Positions 1 to 20,235 of a stretch of 64,000 nt of DNA are shown here, piece after piece. The position numbers were made by a program, and so were the translations under genes. The DNA is taken from assembly GCF_009914755.1 (NCBI RefSeq), contig NC_060931.1. One strand, given 5' to 3'. This DNA is from the human T2T-CHM13v2.0 reference genome, Homo sapiens. Under the pieces are notes generated by a model that did not search any database, was not told where the DNA came from, and saw only the letters and a program-made list of their open reading frames with translations. Within the stretch, counting starts at the first letter, position 1; every line of letters begins with the position of its first letter.

Positions 1-73
1 CATGATAGTGAGTAAATCTCATGAGATCTGATGGTTATTATAAGGAGGAGTTTTCCAGCACAAGCCCTCTTCT
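1..73 (+). mobile_element. MaLR LTR fragment (MST/THE1-like), interrupted by the ERV LTR
   Basis: catgatagtgagtaaatctcatgagatctgatgg resembles the MST/THE1 LTR core; it stops abruptly at the ERV LTR end (74). Confidence 0.6.
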
Positions 74-481
74 TGTAAGAGTTAAAGAAAGAGGAAAGAA
101 ACACAAAAAGCAGCTTAGCAGTCAAAGACAGGTTTATTCTGGGAATAAACCTGAGAGGGGCTTCTGGCTGATTTCAGTCAGGAGTGTTCTGTCTTAGAGA
201 CTAAGGGTATTTAAGGGTTTAGGGAGGGGGAGCTTATCGCAGGCTCAGAATGTTTCTGTGTGAAGGAGAGTTTTATTTCCTGGGTTGGAATATCTCTGAT
301 CAGAGCGGAGATTGTCTTGGGGTTGGCATGTTTCTGGTTGGAGGGGAGGTTTATCTTAGAGTTGGAATGTTCCTGGTCACGCTGACATTACCCACTAGGC
401 TGATGTTTGGGGCTAGTTTTTAATCAAGGGGAACTTAAAATGGCAGTATTTGCCCAAGATGGTGATGCTCCTGCTCTGTCA
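74..481 (-). mobile_element. ERV1 3' LTR (LTR19-like, HERV-FH/HERVFH19 group)
   Basis: Minus strand begins TGACAGAGCAGGAGCATCACCATCTTG and ends TTTCCTCTTTCTTTAACTCTTACA (TG...CA); lies directly downstream of env remnants; same termini as the solo LTR at 47732. Confidence 0.8.
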
Positions 482-2620
<2,139 letters not shown>

Positions 2621-2699
2621 TTATGTGGATTTCTCTTCCTTTTTCTTCGGGATTCGGGTGAGGTGAAGGGAAGTGGGTCCTATGGAGACACAAGAGAAG

Positions 2700-4860
<2,161 letters not shown>

Positions 4861-4933
4861 TGGGCTCAAGCAATCCTCTCTTGTCAGCTTCCCAAAGTGT
4901 TGAGATGACAGGCACGAGCCAGTGCACCTGGCC

Positions 4934-5161
4934 TATTGTACCTTTCGTATGTTTAGATTTGTTTAGACAGACAAATACTCACCATTGCGTTACAACTTTC
5001 AAGTGTTCAGTACAGTAACATGCTGTGCAGGCTTGTAGCCTAGGAGCAATAGGCTATGCCATATAGTCTAGGTGTGCAGTATGTTATACCATCTAGGTTT
5101 GTGTAAGTACATTGCACGATGATGAAAACATACCTCCATTGTGAAGTGATGCATGGCTGTA
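4934..5161 (+). mobile_element. Tigger3/MER7-like DNA transposon 3' part
   Basis: cagtacagtaacatgctgtgcaggcttgtagcctaggagcaataggcta...gcatggctgta matches the recalled Tigger3 right end. Confidence 0.65.
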
Positions 5162-5224
5162 TGAACATGGAAGGCACAACTCTGATCCCCCTTAGGGTGG
5201 TGCCCTCCTTTTATTTCTCTAAAT

Positions 5225-5510
5225 TTTATGAGACAGGGTCTCACTCTCTGGTCCAGTCTGGAGTGCACTGGTGCAATCTCGGCTCACTGCAGCCTCGACT
5301 TCCCCAAACTCAGGTGATCCTCCCACTTCAGCCTCCTGAGTAGCTGGTAGTACAGGCATACACCAACATGCCCAGCTAATTTTTGTATTTTTTTTTGTAG
5401 AGAAAGGGTCTCATTCTGTTGCTCAGACTGGTCTCAAACTCCTGGGCTCAAGCAATCTGTCTGTCTCAGCCTCCCAAAGTGCTGGGATTACAGGCGTGAG
5501 CCACCTCGCC
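5225..5510 (-). mobile_element. AluJ
   Basis: Antisense Alu dimer ending ...tacaggcgtgagccacctcgccc. Confidence 0.85.
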
Positions 5511-6008
5511 CTTCTTTCCCCTCTATTGGCTTTTCTATAATAGTGTCTCAATAGTTGATCCACCCTCAGAACCCCTGCAAACTCGCTGCTGTTTCTTTCC
5601 TCTTCAATTCTCCGCCCACTCTCCCCTCCAACTTGACTCACTCTCAACTGGCTTCACTTCAGACCCCCTCTTTTAGGAAGATTCTCCATCCACCCCCCGG
5701 GCCCTCCTCTGGACTCCATCTCAACAGTCTTGTCTCTGTTTCAGATGCCATCAGATGATGTTGGTGTTTGTGTTGCTAATTGCAGCAACAATCCATTAAT
5801 AATTCATGGTTTCTTGATATTAGTGTTGCTAAGTGGGAACTCTTCAGACAACACACCTGGAGAGTTTCTGCATCCTCTGCTTAATTAGAACGGAGTGAGG
5901 GGCCAAAGACAGTTAAAAGAGACTTGGTAGGTGCCCTCTGAGGACGTCCTCTCCAAAGATCTTTGGGGGTCACCAGGGTCCTGGCCTGTGGGTCAAACAT
6001 CAGCTTGA

Positions 6009-6459
<451 letters not shown>

Positions 6460-7028
6460 AAAATGTCCACCTTTTCTAAGAGCCCATCTTCCATATTCTT
6501 TATAGGCCTTGTCTGTCCTTGTTTTTTCAAAAAAAAAGCAATCAATTTTTGTATAATAGCACTCTATCCAACGCCATAGGTTATGGTGTGTGCTACATAC
6601 ACAGTCGACGTTTGTCCTTTCAAGTGCTGGGCCTTTTCCTAGATCGCCATTTTAGAGGAAAATAATTCTAAAATGGATTTTACACTCTTCTGCCTTCTAA
6701 AACAGAGCATGGAGAAGAGATTTAAGCCCCTTTTTTCATGGTTAAGTGTACTTCTCAACCTCAGTTCGTATATGCTAAAGGCCTACTCTGCCGTCTTGGA
6801 CTGTTTGGACCTTCTGCTAAATGATCCTGGCCTGTTTTCCTTCTTGTGTTTGCTTTGTAGAGTTTTGTGTCTCCTTTCTCCTGCCAGACTGTCAGCAGTA
6901 GCTTGTATTGCTTCAGGCCAACAGCCTCTAGCAACCCTTTCCCCTCCTCTTCACTGATTCTGCTCCAGGAAGGGCTTGGAAACAAGTTCTTTGGGTTCAT
7001 CTGACTTGTGGATAACACAGTTTCATGT

Positions 7029-7133
7029 ACTTTTTGTAGTTCATAAGCGTGGTGATTGGGTTTTCACGCTCATGTGTGACATATGCCTTCCTCCAATTTT
7101 GTTACAATGTTGGTGCGTTACCCATCAGACATG
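7029..7133 (+). pseudogene. U13 snoRNA (SNORD13/snoU13) retrocopy, degenerate
   Basis: tttttgtagttcataagcgtggtgattgggttttcacgctcatgtgtgac...gttacccatcagac is colinear with U13; box C is mutated (TGGTGA) and box D is mutated (CAGA). Confidence 0.8.
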
Positions 7134-7181
7134 GGGGAAGAAAGGGTGTTCATGACAGCATTATCTATAGTTACAAAAGAC

Positions 7182-7820
7182 ATGTACAGGGGCCAAGGGA
7201 AAACTTCCCCTTTGCCTTCTGAAGGTTCATTGAAAAATCAACTGACCAAAGGCAGATCGATAGGAGAAAAGGCATACAAAATTTTATTTTAGTGTGCATG
7301 GCACAGGGGAATCACAGGAGAATGATTTCCCAATAACCCAATGGGGCACAGAAGCTTGTATACCCTTTTTCATACAGGAGGGAGGAGATGTATGGACTGG
7401 GGAGGTGGGAGGCAGATATTACAGGAAGGTGAGGGGCGGAGCTGTACAGGAACAAAGCTTGTCTTATTAAGCAGATAAAGTCCTCCAGGCAATCTCTTGG
7501 AGCTGCTCTCAGAAGAATAGATGAAGTCTGTCTGGGTGTGGTGATGATTCCCAGTCTCATCTCTTCTGGTGGTTTATCTTTCTTGGTTATTTGATGAGAC
7601 CTCTAGGGAGGGTGTTTAAGACAATTGCATTTCTTTTGGAAAGATGCTTTCTTGGTCAGATGAGGAAATTTCCAAAGACAGACAGTCCCTCCCTGTGTTT
7701 GGTGGTGGGGCAGGTATGGGGAACAAGAAGTTAGAGGGACCTTGGTTCGGGGGCGGCTTCTGAGGGCCCTCAGCATGTCAAAACATCAGCCTTTGGGATA
7801 TCACTTTCTGAGCCCCAACC
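7182..7820 (-). mobile_element. ERV1 solo LTR (MER39-like)
   Basis: Minus strand starts gttggggctcagaaagtgatatcccaaag and ends ...ttttcccttggcccctgtaca. Confidence 0.55.
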
Positions 7821-8665
7821 CTTGTAAGTGTCTAAAATGTCCACCTAGAGAATGCAGGATAAATACACATTTGGTGCATTCACACAATGCAGCACTACAG
7901 AGCCCTTAAATGAATGAGGTAGATCTATGTGCGCTAAAAGGGAATACTCACCAATTGTTAATTGAAAAATACATGTGCAGAACAGCGTTAATAGTGTGTT
8001 CCCATTTTTTGTTGTTGTTATTGTTTTTAAAGAGTAGGTAGACTTTCAGCAGGGACCCAAATAAAGTGAAGTTTACAAACTTCGTCATTTTGACTGCTCA
8101 GCAGAAGCCTTTTTGCCTCCTTCCTGAATCTCAAATGTGTTCTGAAATACTTGCACTTGCCATATAAGTAACTTCTAGAAACTTCTGCTACCATTGCTTT
8201 TCACTCTGCATTTTCTTGAGGTAAAGAAAGGCCATGGGAACCACACAGGGAGGGAGCACGGAGTCTCACTGGAAGCATCCCTAGAAAAATCACAAATGCT
8301 ATTCAGGAATCACACAGCTCTCAGGAACCATGGAAAAGCCAAAGGACCCATATTTCCATGTAACAGGCTTGTTAATATACTCACTAGATCTGAAGTTGGT
8401 TGAGGAGAGCCTGGGCTTTATTATCAGATGGACCTGGGTTTAGATTGCAGCTCTGCCATTTTCCATCTGTATTTCCTTAGGTGAATTATCCATTCTGAGC
8501 TTGGATTTCCTCATCTGTAAAACAAGGACAATAAAACCTACTTCAATGAGTTTTTAAAGATTAGTAGATCATAAGTGTGAAGTGTCTGATATAATGCCTG
8601 GCTCATAGTAGCTGCTCAACAGATGGTAGCTGCTACTGACATCATTTTATTATTTAATGTCATCC

Positions 8666-8966
<301 letters not shown>

Positions 8967-9283
8967 CTATGCTTTGTAATCTTAGGCAATTTCTGAGCTA
9001 GTAGGGTTTGACTGGTAAGAAGCAGAAAAATGGACCTCTTGCCCTTCATAAGCCTTTTGGCAAAGGTAAGTCCCAAGGGCTGTGCTCCCTTCTCCGTATC
9101 CATTATCTCTTGCCATGTTAAAAAAAAAAATCCTAAAACTTAGCAGCTTAAAACAATCAACGTCCATTTTCTTAGTTTCTGTAGGGCAGGAATTCAATGG
9201 TTTAGCTAGATGGCTCTGGCTCAGGATCCTTCATGAGGCTGCAGTCAAGATGTCTTCCAGGGCCTCAGTCAACCTAAGGCTTG

Positions 9284-9647
9284 TGTATTTGTCCGTTTTC
9301 ACACTGCTGATAAAGACATACCTGGGACTGGGTAATTTATAAAGAAAAAGAGGTTTAATGGACTCGCAGTTCCACGTGGCTGGTGAGGCCTCACAATCAT
9401 GGCAGAAGGCAAAAGGCATGTCTTACATGGTAGCAGGGCAAAGAGCAAATGAGAACTAAGCAAAAGGGGTTTCCCCTTATAAAACCATCAGATCTCATGA
9501 GACTTATTCACTACCACGAGAACAGTATGGGGGAAAACACTCCCATGATTCAATTATCTCCCACTGGGTCCCTCCCACAACACATGAGAATTATGGGAGC
9601 TACAATTCAAGATGAGATTTGGGTGGGGACACAGCCAAACCATATCA
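9284..9647 (-). mobile_element. THE1 (C/D-like) solo LTR nested in an older MLT1 LTR (~9100-9950)
   Basis: Minus strand starts TGATATGGTTTGGCTGTGTCCCCACCCAAATCTC; 5-bp TSD gcttg/gcttc. Confidence 0.85.
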
Positions 9648-10237
9648 GCTTCCATTTTTCATTCACTACCTCAGTTCCTCACTATCATGAATCTCTGTAG
9701 AGGCCTGCTTGAATGTCCTTACACCATGACAGCTGGCTTATCCAGAGTGAGTAATCCAAGAGACAGCAAGGCAGAAGCCACAGTGTCTTTTATGACCTGG
9801 CCTTGAAAGTCAGACAGCTTCATTTCTGCAGCATCCTGTCAGTTACACTAGTGAGGTCAGCCCTATTTAATGTAGGAGGGAGCTGCACAAAGACCTGACT
9901 TGTGGGATCCAAGTATCATTGGGGCTATCTTGGAGGCTGCCTACTATACTCTCTATAGAGATTGGTTTTGAGGGACTTACAGGACGGACACAGCGTTAGT
10001 AATAAGGTGGGAGTAGGGGTTTCAGATCTCTTGATTTGAGACCAGTGTGCACCTCAGGCCAATGCAGGATGTCCTGAGACATAGGGATCAGGCTGATGAT
10101 TTTGTCATAGGACTGATGACTTGAGGAGCAAACTCTGGATTCCTTAAGGAACCCCAGGCAGGCAGAGCTCTTGGCCCCTTCCCATCTAACCCAGGAGGGA
10201 ACTGGGCTTCAAGAGTGTTTTGTCCTCCGACTTACAG

Positions 10238-10425
10238 ATCCAGCTAGCGGGAGCAGCATCGACTGGGCGTATGACAACGGCATCAAATTTGCATTCACAT
10301 TTGAGTTGAGAGATACCGGGACCTATGGCTTCCTCCTGCCAGCTAACCAGATCATCCCCACTGCAGAGGAGACGTGGCTGGGGCTGAAGACCATCATGGA
10401 GCATGTGCGGGACAACCTCTACTAG
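10238..10425 (+). CDS. CPA4: Carboxypeptidase A4, last coding exon (upstream exons lie outside the window)
   Basis: Acceptor cttacag|AT; translates (Y)[61 protein letters not shown], including catalytic Glu270 in FELRD. Confidence 0.96.
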
Positions 10426-10972
10426 GCGATGGCTCTGCTCTGTCTACATTTATTTGTACCCACACGTGCACGCACTGAGGCCATTGTTAAAGGAGCTCTT
10501 TCCTACCTGTGTGAGTCAGAGCCCTCTGGGTTTGTGGAGCACACAGGCCTGCCCCTCTCCAGCCAGCTCCCTGGAGTCGTGTGTCCTGGCGGTGTCCCTG
10601 CAAGAACTGGTTCTGCCAGCCTGCTCAATTTTGGTCCTGCTGTTTTTGATGAGCCTTTTGTCTGTTTCTCCTTCCACCCTGCTGGCTGGGCGGCTGCACT
10701 CAGCATCACCCCTTCCTGGGTGGCATGTCTCTCTCTACCTCATTTTTAGAACCAAAGAACATCTGAGATGATTCTCTACCCTCATCCACATCTAGCCAAG
10801 CCAGTGACCTTGCTCTGGTGGCACTGTGGGAGACACCACTTGTCTTTAGGTGGGTCTCAAAGATGATGTAGAATTTCCTTTAATTTCTCGCAGTCTTCCT
10901 GGAAAATATTTTCCTTTGAGCAGCAAATCTTGTAGGGATATCAGTGAAGGTCTCTCCCTCCCTCCTCTCCTG

Positions 10973-11268
10973 TTTTTTTTTTTTTGAGACAGAGTTTTGC
11001 TCTTGTTGCCCAGGCTGGAGTGTGATGGCTCGATCTTGGCTCACCACAACCTCTGCCTCCTGGGTTCAAGCAATTCTCCTGCCTCAGCCTCTTGAGTAGC
11101 TTGGTTTATAGGCGCATGCCACCATGCCTGGCTAATTTTGTGTTTTTAGTAGAGACAGGGTTTCTCCATGTTGGTCAGGCTGGTCTCAAACTCCCAACCT
11201 CAGGTGATCTGCCCTCCTTGGCCTCCCAGAGTGCTGGGATTACAGGTGTGAGCCACTGTGCCGGGCCC
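10973..11268 (-). mobile_element. AluS inside the CPA4 3'UTR
   Basis: Poly-T followed by an antisense Alu dimer. Confidence 0.9.
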
Positions 11269-11641
11269 GTCCCCTCCTTTTTTAGGCCTGAATACAAAGT
11301 AGAAGATCACTTTCCTTCACTGTGCTGAGAATTTCTAGATACTACAGTTCTTACTCCTCTCTTCCCTTTGTTATTCAGTGTGACCAGGACGGCGGGAGGG
11401 GATCTGTGTCACTGTAGGTACTGTGCCCAGGAAGGCTGGGTGAAGTGACCATCTAAATTGCAGGATGGTGAAATTATCCCCATCTGTCCTAATGGGCTTA
11501 CCTCCTCTTTGCCTTTTGAACTCACTTCAAAGATCTAGGCCTCATCTTACAGGTCCTAAATCACTCATCTGGCCTGGATAATCTCACTGCCCTGGCACAT
11601 TCCCATTTGTGCTGTGGTGTATCCTGTGTTTCCTTGTCCTG

Positions 11642-11645
<4 letters not shown>

Positions 11646-11678
<33 letters not shown>

Positions 11679-11688
11679 TGTGTGTGTG
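11646..11688. repeat. (TG)n microsatellite in the CPA4 3'UTR
   Basis: About 21 TG units with one interruption. Confidence 0.95.
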
Positions 11689-11898
11689 TCTGTCTATTTT
11701 GTATCCTGGACCACAAGTTCCTAAGTAGAGCAAGAATTCATCAACCAGCTGCCTCTTGTTTCATTTCACCTCAGCACGTACCATCTGTCCTTTTGTTGTT
11801 GTTGTTTTGTTTTTGTTTTTTTGCTTTTACCAAACATGTCTGTAAATCTTAACCTCCTGCCTAGGATTTGTACAGCATCTGGTGTGTGCTTATAAGCC

Positions 11899-11904
11899 AA
11901 TAAA
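11899..11904 (+). terminator. CPA4: CPA4 polyadenylation signal
   Basis: First AATAAA I found after the CPA4 stop; GT/T-rich sequence follows. Confidence 0.8.
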
Positions 11905-13046
11905 TATTCAATGTGAGTTTCATGATCATCTCCTATTCTTTGCCTTCACCTGAATGGAACCAAGCTATAGTTTTGAATATGCAACTCTTTATAATGTCAG
12001 AAGTCGACTTTAATCCCTGTCTGTATCGCATGACATGTAAGAAGTCCTCCTTCATCAGGCCAAGGGGCCTCCAGGGCAATGTTACCTTGGTGATTTCACT
12101 CTGGTCCTGGGTCTAATTCTTAGCTTTTCAGCTCAAAAGCTTGATAGTCTCAGTGTCCATGTTGATTAAACTAGGGGATGCTGACTCACGCCTACAGACC
12201 TCAGATGAGGCAGATGATAAAATCAGAATGCGAATTTATTAATTTACATCGTGGCATGTAACCGGTGAGTGGATTGGATCCTCACGTCGGCCTGAGCAGT
12301 ACATTCTCTCCCTGTAGGCAAGATACATGGGAAGCCAAATTATAATCAGAAGGTTGCTTAGTGAGCGGGCGTCAGAGCAAGGAAAGTTAATTAAAGTCTA
12401 TGATTAGACTTTTTAATAGCACCCAGCTCTAATAGCATGATATATCCAGTTCTATAGCCAGAGCACACCTGCCAGTCAGCCAGCTGGCCGCTTGTGCTGG
12501 CTGGTCAGGACTGCCTCAGACAGTTATGCTGTGCCTCGGTAAGCATAAACAAGCTTGCCTCTGTGACTGGCCTCTGACCTGGGCCTAATTGTGATCACTC
12601 CCCTCAGACTGAGATTATCCTTCAGATTCCTTAAGGGAAAGATTTATTTTAAAATTTTATTATTATTTCTTTCTATAGAGAGATGGGGCCTTGCTATGTT
12701 GCCCAGGCTGGTCTTGAACTCCTGGCCTCAAGCAATCCTCCAACCTTGGCCTCCCAAAGTGCTGGGATTACAGATGTGAGCCACCACACCCGGCCAAGGG
12801 AAAGACTGCTTAAACGAGACATAAATGCCAGATACTATAATGAAATTAGAGCTTTTGTTCATTAAAAGATATAGAAACGGAGAAAACAAGTTAAAGGCCA
12901 GGAGAGGATGTTCACCATATTTCTAATACAAACAACAGACAAAGAATGTATGAAGAACTTCAACAAATCAATAAAGAAAGCACAGATAACCCAATAGAAA
13001 AATGCACCAAAGGTATAACGAAGCATTTCACATAAGAGGAAGCACA

Positions 13047-13555
<509 letters not shown>

Positions 13556-14049
13556 TTAGTGATTGAGGACACACAAATCAAGACTGCAATGAGATGCCAT
13601 TTTATACTCATTCAATTTACAAAAATCAAAAAGTTGGAGAGGATGTGAATGGCAGAGTCTCATACCTTATTGGTGGGCAGCTGAATTAGTAAAACTACTT
13701 TACAAAACAGTTTGACATCTTCTCAAGTTTACACCTTATGATCCAGCTATTCCACCTTAGGCATGGCCTCAAGAAATTCTTGCAATTGTACAGCAGGAGA
13801 CATAGGCAAGAATGTTCACAGCAACATTGTTCACAATAGTAAAAACCTAAAAATAACTCAGAATACCATCAGTGGGAGAATGGGTGAAAAAGGTATGGTA
13901 CATTCACATACTGAGATATTATACAACAGTCAAAACAAAATTTAGTATGATTTCCCTTCTAGAAAGATCCAAACACCTGAAAAAAAATGTATGCATACTT
14001 TTATAGAAGATATACAAATTTTGATGAAACTATATAAAGAGAGAAGCAA

Positions 14050-14491
14050 GCCATAGTGGACATATCCAGACCCCGCTTCCTGGCTGAATGCACAGATCCC
14101 AGTGGCTGTTAAGTATTGGCTGCCAATGTTCAGGGCTACATCCCTCTCTAAAGAATTGCTCTTGGCCAAATGGGGGTTGCCTCACCCAGGAGGCTGTGCA
14201 CCTGTCTTTTCTTTTACCATCATCCCAAATGTCCACCCATGACAGACTGGCTCAGGCGTACACACAGCTAGCTCTTTGCTTCAAGGTGGGATCAACACTT
14301 TGGCGCAACAAGTGTTCCAGAGCTCCCATGGGGTCGGGCTAGAGCTCCAGATGATTTCAGGCAAGTCATCCTTGCTTAGCTTTTTTTCCTGCCCCACCTG
14401 TTTTCCTCACTCTCCTCCTGAGACAACTCCCCTTCATATCACTTGCATAAGAATCTCCATCTTGCGTTCTGCTTTTAGGAAGACTAAGACA
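14050..14491 (+). mobile_element. ERVL LTR16-like LTR
   Basis: 3' end tcacttgcataagaatctccatcttgcgttctgcttttaggaagactaagaca resembles the LTR16 terminus. Confidence 0.5.
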
Positions 14492-14837
14492 ACAGGAAAT
14501 GGAGAACCTGGGATTCCTGAATGATGATTCCTTCAAATGGGGAGAGGTAGAGGATGAGAGAGGGACAGGGCCCTATGGTTAGAGGACAAAGCTTAGCTTT
14601 TGTCTTAGATTCTGCTTTTTCAGGTGTTTATTACGTGATTTTTTTTTTTAAAGTAGAGACAAGGGTCTCCCTATGTAGCTTAGGTCAGTCTTGAACCCTT
14701 GGCCTCAAGTAATTCTCCTGCCTTGGCCTCCCAAAGTGCTGGGATTACAGGTGTGAGCCACTGCACTCAGCCTATTATATGATTTTTTTAAAAACCTAAT
14801 TAAGTAGCTAAATAAATAATTAAAAGAGGACCATGCG

Positions 14838-15200
<363 letters not shown>

Positions 15201-15341
15201 TTAATCTATTTCTATGGACTTGAAAACCAATTTTAAAAATGTTTACAAAGATACTAATTTTAAACAAAAATTGTACTATTCAACATGCATTTATTGAGTA
15301 CCTACTATGTGCTAGAGACAGTTTTTTTTTTCTTTTTTTAG

Positions 15342-15557
<216 letters not shown>

Positions 15558-15789
15558 TAGTTGGAAAGACCGGAAGTACTCAAGTAAACAACTAAATTAA
15601 GAAGTTAATTTGGGTGAGGAGAGCTGCGATAAATAAAAGAAAACAGACTGCTGTCAGGAGAGTGATGGGTGGTAGGGGAGCCCGTCTAGATTTGGAAAGC
15701 TAGGGAAGATAGTATTATAAACTATTCTTAACTTTATTCTCTGTATTCTTTGTTTACTTCCTCAAAACATGTAAAAAAGGTGGGCTAGA

Positions 15790-16084
<295 letters not shown>

Positions 16085-16644
16085 TAAGTTTGAAAGGCTT
16101 TCATACCTCATCAAATCAGTCTGTAGGGAATTTTCCACCAGTAAGACATCAAGGAGGGTGGAAAAAGTATAGTCTATCAATAATGGGGAAAAATGTCTTG
16201 AGTTCTCTTTTTTGCAGTAATGGAGAGGATGGGTTTCTCCGAGCCACCTCCAGGTGTTGCACCCAATTCTCTTGGGGCCCAAAAGAAGATCTTTGTGAAG
16301 TAGCTGACAGAATGAGGGGTATATTTGGGATTAGCTGTTGTCCAGTTGACACCAGAGCCCTTCATTGGACTGTAACCCCCTGAAGGCAGGGAGCAGACCA
16401 TAGCCACTTCTGTATTCTGGGTCACTGGTGGTGGAAAGCCGTGGAATGGACCAACTTTTTCACCGACACATATGACTTTGGCCCATGAGATAACCTCTTG
16501 GCTCCTCAGTTTCTCACCTTTAAAAGAATAACGATAGTATCTGCAATGACTTATCAAGAGAATTAACTAAGAGAATATTAAAGCATTCAGTTATTTACCT
16601 GGCAGTAGAAGCTCTTGATATGTGTTAGAATTATTTTCAGCTGG

Positions 16645-16735
16645 CACACATTTACCTATGCAACAAACCTGAACATTCTGCACATGTATCCTGGAACTTA
16701 AAGTGAAATTAAAAAAATAAAAATAAACAAATAAA
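16645..16735 (+). mobile_element. Very short 5'-truncated L1PA 3' end
   Basis: tacctatgcaacaaacctgaacattctgcacatgtatcctggaacttaaa plus A tail; TSD agaattattYtcagctgg. Confidence 0.8.
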
Positions 16736-16748
16736 AGAATTATTCTCA

Positions 16749-17098
<350 letters not shown>

Positions 17099-18587
17099 TC
17101 AGGTCTTCAGCATTTTCCCTAAAGTGATAGACTTATTTGCTTCAGATTGTTCATGAAATGTAATAACAAAGATCTCAACAGATCACAGAAAAACACTAGC
17201 TGGATGTTAAGTAATTTTTATTATTATTTGGGTTTGGAAATATTGGGGTTCTTTCTCTGGGAGCTTTCCCAGGTTCTATAGGTATCGAGTTTCCTTTACG
17301 AAATTAAGACAAAGGATCACTGCCTGAAACCTTCATAGGTCCAGCTTCCAAACACAACCACATCAAACATAGGGGGTCACTGGGTTTTACAGGTCTTGGA
17401 AAGGCCCTGTTGTAAATCAATTTTGGGTAATGTTGACGGCCTGTTCCAACTCTGGAATGTCCTATGTAGATTGCACTTCTTTTGTGTTACTATAGAAAGA
17501 CTACGCAGAATCATTTTTATCATTATCATCATCATCCTTATCTTTCTGTTTGATGAATTCTGGAATTTTGCCAACCCAGGCAGCTTGTAAAATAAATTCT
17601 CTCTGCTATTTGTACTGAGCCTTAAATCACAAACACCAGCTGTTTCTTGTATTTGAAGTAAAGCTTCAGGTATATTGGGGGCATCCAGGGAGCACAGGCG
17701 GTTTTTTCCTCCTCTAGAATACACAGGTTCTGTGGTTCAGCTGGGCAATTTGCTCCTTTAGTGTAGAAAGTGAATCTCATGCTTTTTTGTATCTCCTACA
17801 AGGCTTAGCTCAGCAGCTAGTAAATATTTGTTGATATGATTTGCTGCAGGGCAGCCGGGTAACAATTGCAGAAGCCGTACTCTCAACAAGTCAGAGCAAC
17901 AGGAAAAAAGTACTTTTTCCAACCAATATTATCAGTGGAAGTTTGGAAAATATATTGGAATGTACATCCCTAAGTTCTAAGACAGACAGAGCATAAATTA
18001 AATATTCAGAGATAAGGAAGGCTTGATATTGGTTAAATTGCTTACAGCTTTGTAGTGATTTATAGTTTTAAAGTACTTTATAGCTATTGGATAATTAAAT
18101 TATCTCAATCACCTGGCGATAGATGCAGGCTGAGTATTATAATCCTTATTTAACTGTTGAGGCAGTTGAAGTGCTGAAGAGGCAAAGGAACATGCCCAGA
18201 CTTAAGGCGATGGAAATGGCGAAGCAGATTGTCAAGAGCGGCTCTATGGATTGTTGCTAAGGTAGCAAGAGGGCAGGAGATGCTTTGCTGACTTTGGTTT
18301 TGAATTTGAATGTCTTTAAAATACACATAGCTCTTGCAGTCCTTCTGGTCTCATACTTTTGAATTTTGTGCCTGGCTCCTGAAACCTTTTAATTTTCAAT
18401 TGTGCACTCATGAGAGGGAATTTAGGGAGCAAAAGCCAGGTCTCCCTCACTGGTTGAGGGGCATCCTGCTGTTCCTACAGGCTCTCCCACTAGGGTGTGG
18501 GCTCAGGATTGTCATCAGGAGAGTTATGGCTAATATTTTAATGCAAAACACCTGGAATGGGCTGAAGACTCTATTTCCAACCTTTAG

Positions 18588-18896
<309 letters not shown>

Positions 18897-20196
18897 AAGG
18901 GACTTTATGTCTTTTTATAGGGATTCACAGCCCATAGAACCACCTATCCTCATCTTTATTTAGCCTCTTCCATCCTTGGATGACAAAATGTCCACTTCTC
19001 TCAACAAGCAAATAGATGTATTCTGTTTGAGTATTTAAGCAATTCAGCCTAGCTTTACCATTAACCTCGGCTTTGGGCTTATAAGCCCTTCATGGGCAGA
19101 GCCAAGGTTTTATTCATTTAGAATCCTCAGCACCTAAGGTGCATCATAAAGAGGTATTGAATGACTACCTGCAGCTGGACCAAGTCCACATCGGATCCCA
19201 AGGAAGCCCAGGATATTCTTTCCGCTTAGCTCACTGGCTGCAGCAATCTTCCTCCCTCAGCTCTGAGTACCTCGCCATGGCATTGTTCTTTCTGATGGAT
19301 GTGAGAAGCACAGAGGTCAGGAAAAGCAAAGACCTTCTGTTCCCATTTCAGCAAATCTGTATTAGAAAACTCAGAGACCCCAGGCCCGGTGGGAAAGGAT
19401 AACCTGTTTCCTCACTGTGAAGTGGTATTTCTAAAATGTTTCCAGAGGCAGCTGGCGGGTGGACAGGTATTAACTTGGTTAAAGAGACATTAAAGAAGAA
19501 GGCACTAGATCTTCCTCCCTCCCTCCTGCGCCAGGGCCACCAATACAATCAGTACTTAACAGGCATGTCTCTGTATGTCCTTATGGGCTCTCTGGAACCT
19601 GACTCCTATCTAGGAGTCTTCTGTTTACTTTGGAAAACAAATGAAGGACACATGTAGCTAGAAAGAGACTCATTCAAGGTGGAAAGTGGACATTTTGCTG
19701 GGCCACGGAAGGCCTGTTCATGAGCAGTGCTGGCCCTGGAAGAGGCCTTCCCTCTTGCTGCCAGCACTGCAGAGAGATGGGAAAGCCCAGACACCAGCTC
19801 TGCGGTCGTGGAGGTCAACTGTATCATAACCTTTGGAAATTAAATCAGGAGATCGGGAGGAGGATGGCCAGAGATGTTTCCCTTACTCCCAATGCAAGAA
19901 ATAGGAACAACATTGATCAATGCTCTTCTGGGCCGCTCATACTGGAAACGGCTTTTACTCCAGCAATACTAAGATTTTACTTTTTATTTCTCTGATACTT
20001 GGATCCAAATACTCTTCCCCAACAGCTACCATTGATACTTGAGCAAGGTAAAGCTCAGAGGGAAGTTGTTGCTTAGGACTTGACGGCCCTGTGTTCTAAA
20101 TCTTTGTTTTCAACATCCTGACGCATCTCTCAACTTTCTCATGATCTCAATGCCCAGGGTATTTCTGTGGTCCCGGGAAAGGATAGGCCTTACTCT

Positions 20197-20197
<1 letters not shown>

Positions 20198-20235
<38 letters not shown>

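Larger units (their letters stand above)
10426..11920 (+). other. CPA4: CPA4 3'UTR
   Basis: Runs from the TAG to AATAAA at 11899-11904; contains an antisense Alu and a (TG)n tract. Confidence 0.8.

Noticed and set aside
10171-10237. N-terminal parts of ORF-track entries overlapping real exons (also 37561, 47165, 50499, 50971, 55061, 55976)
   Set aside because: These are intronic in-frame extensions; true boundaries are set by the AG/GT sites.
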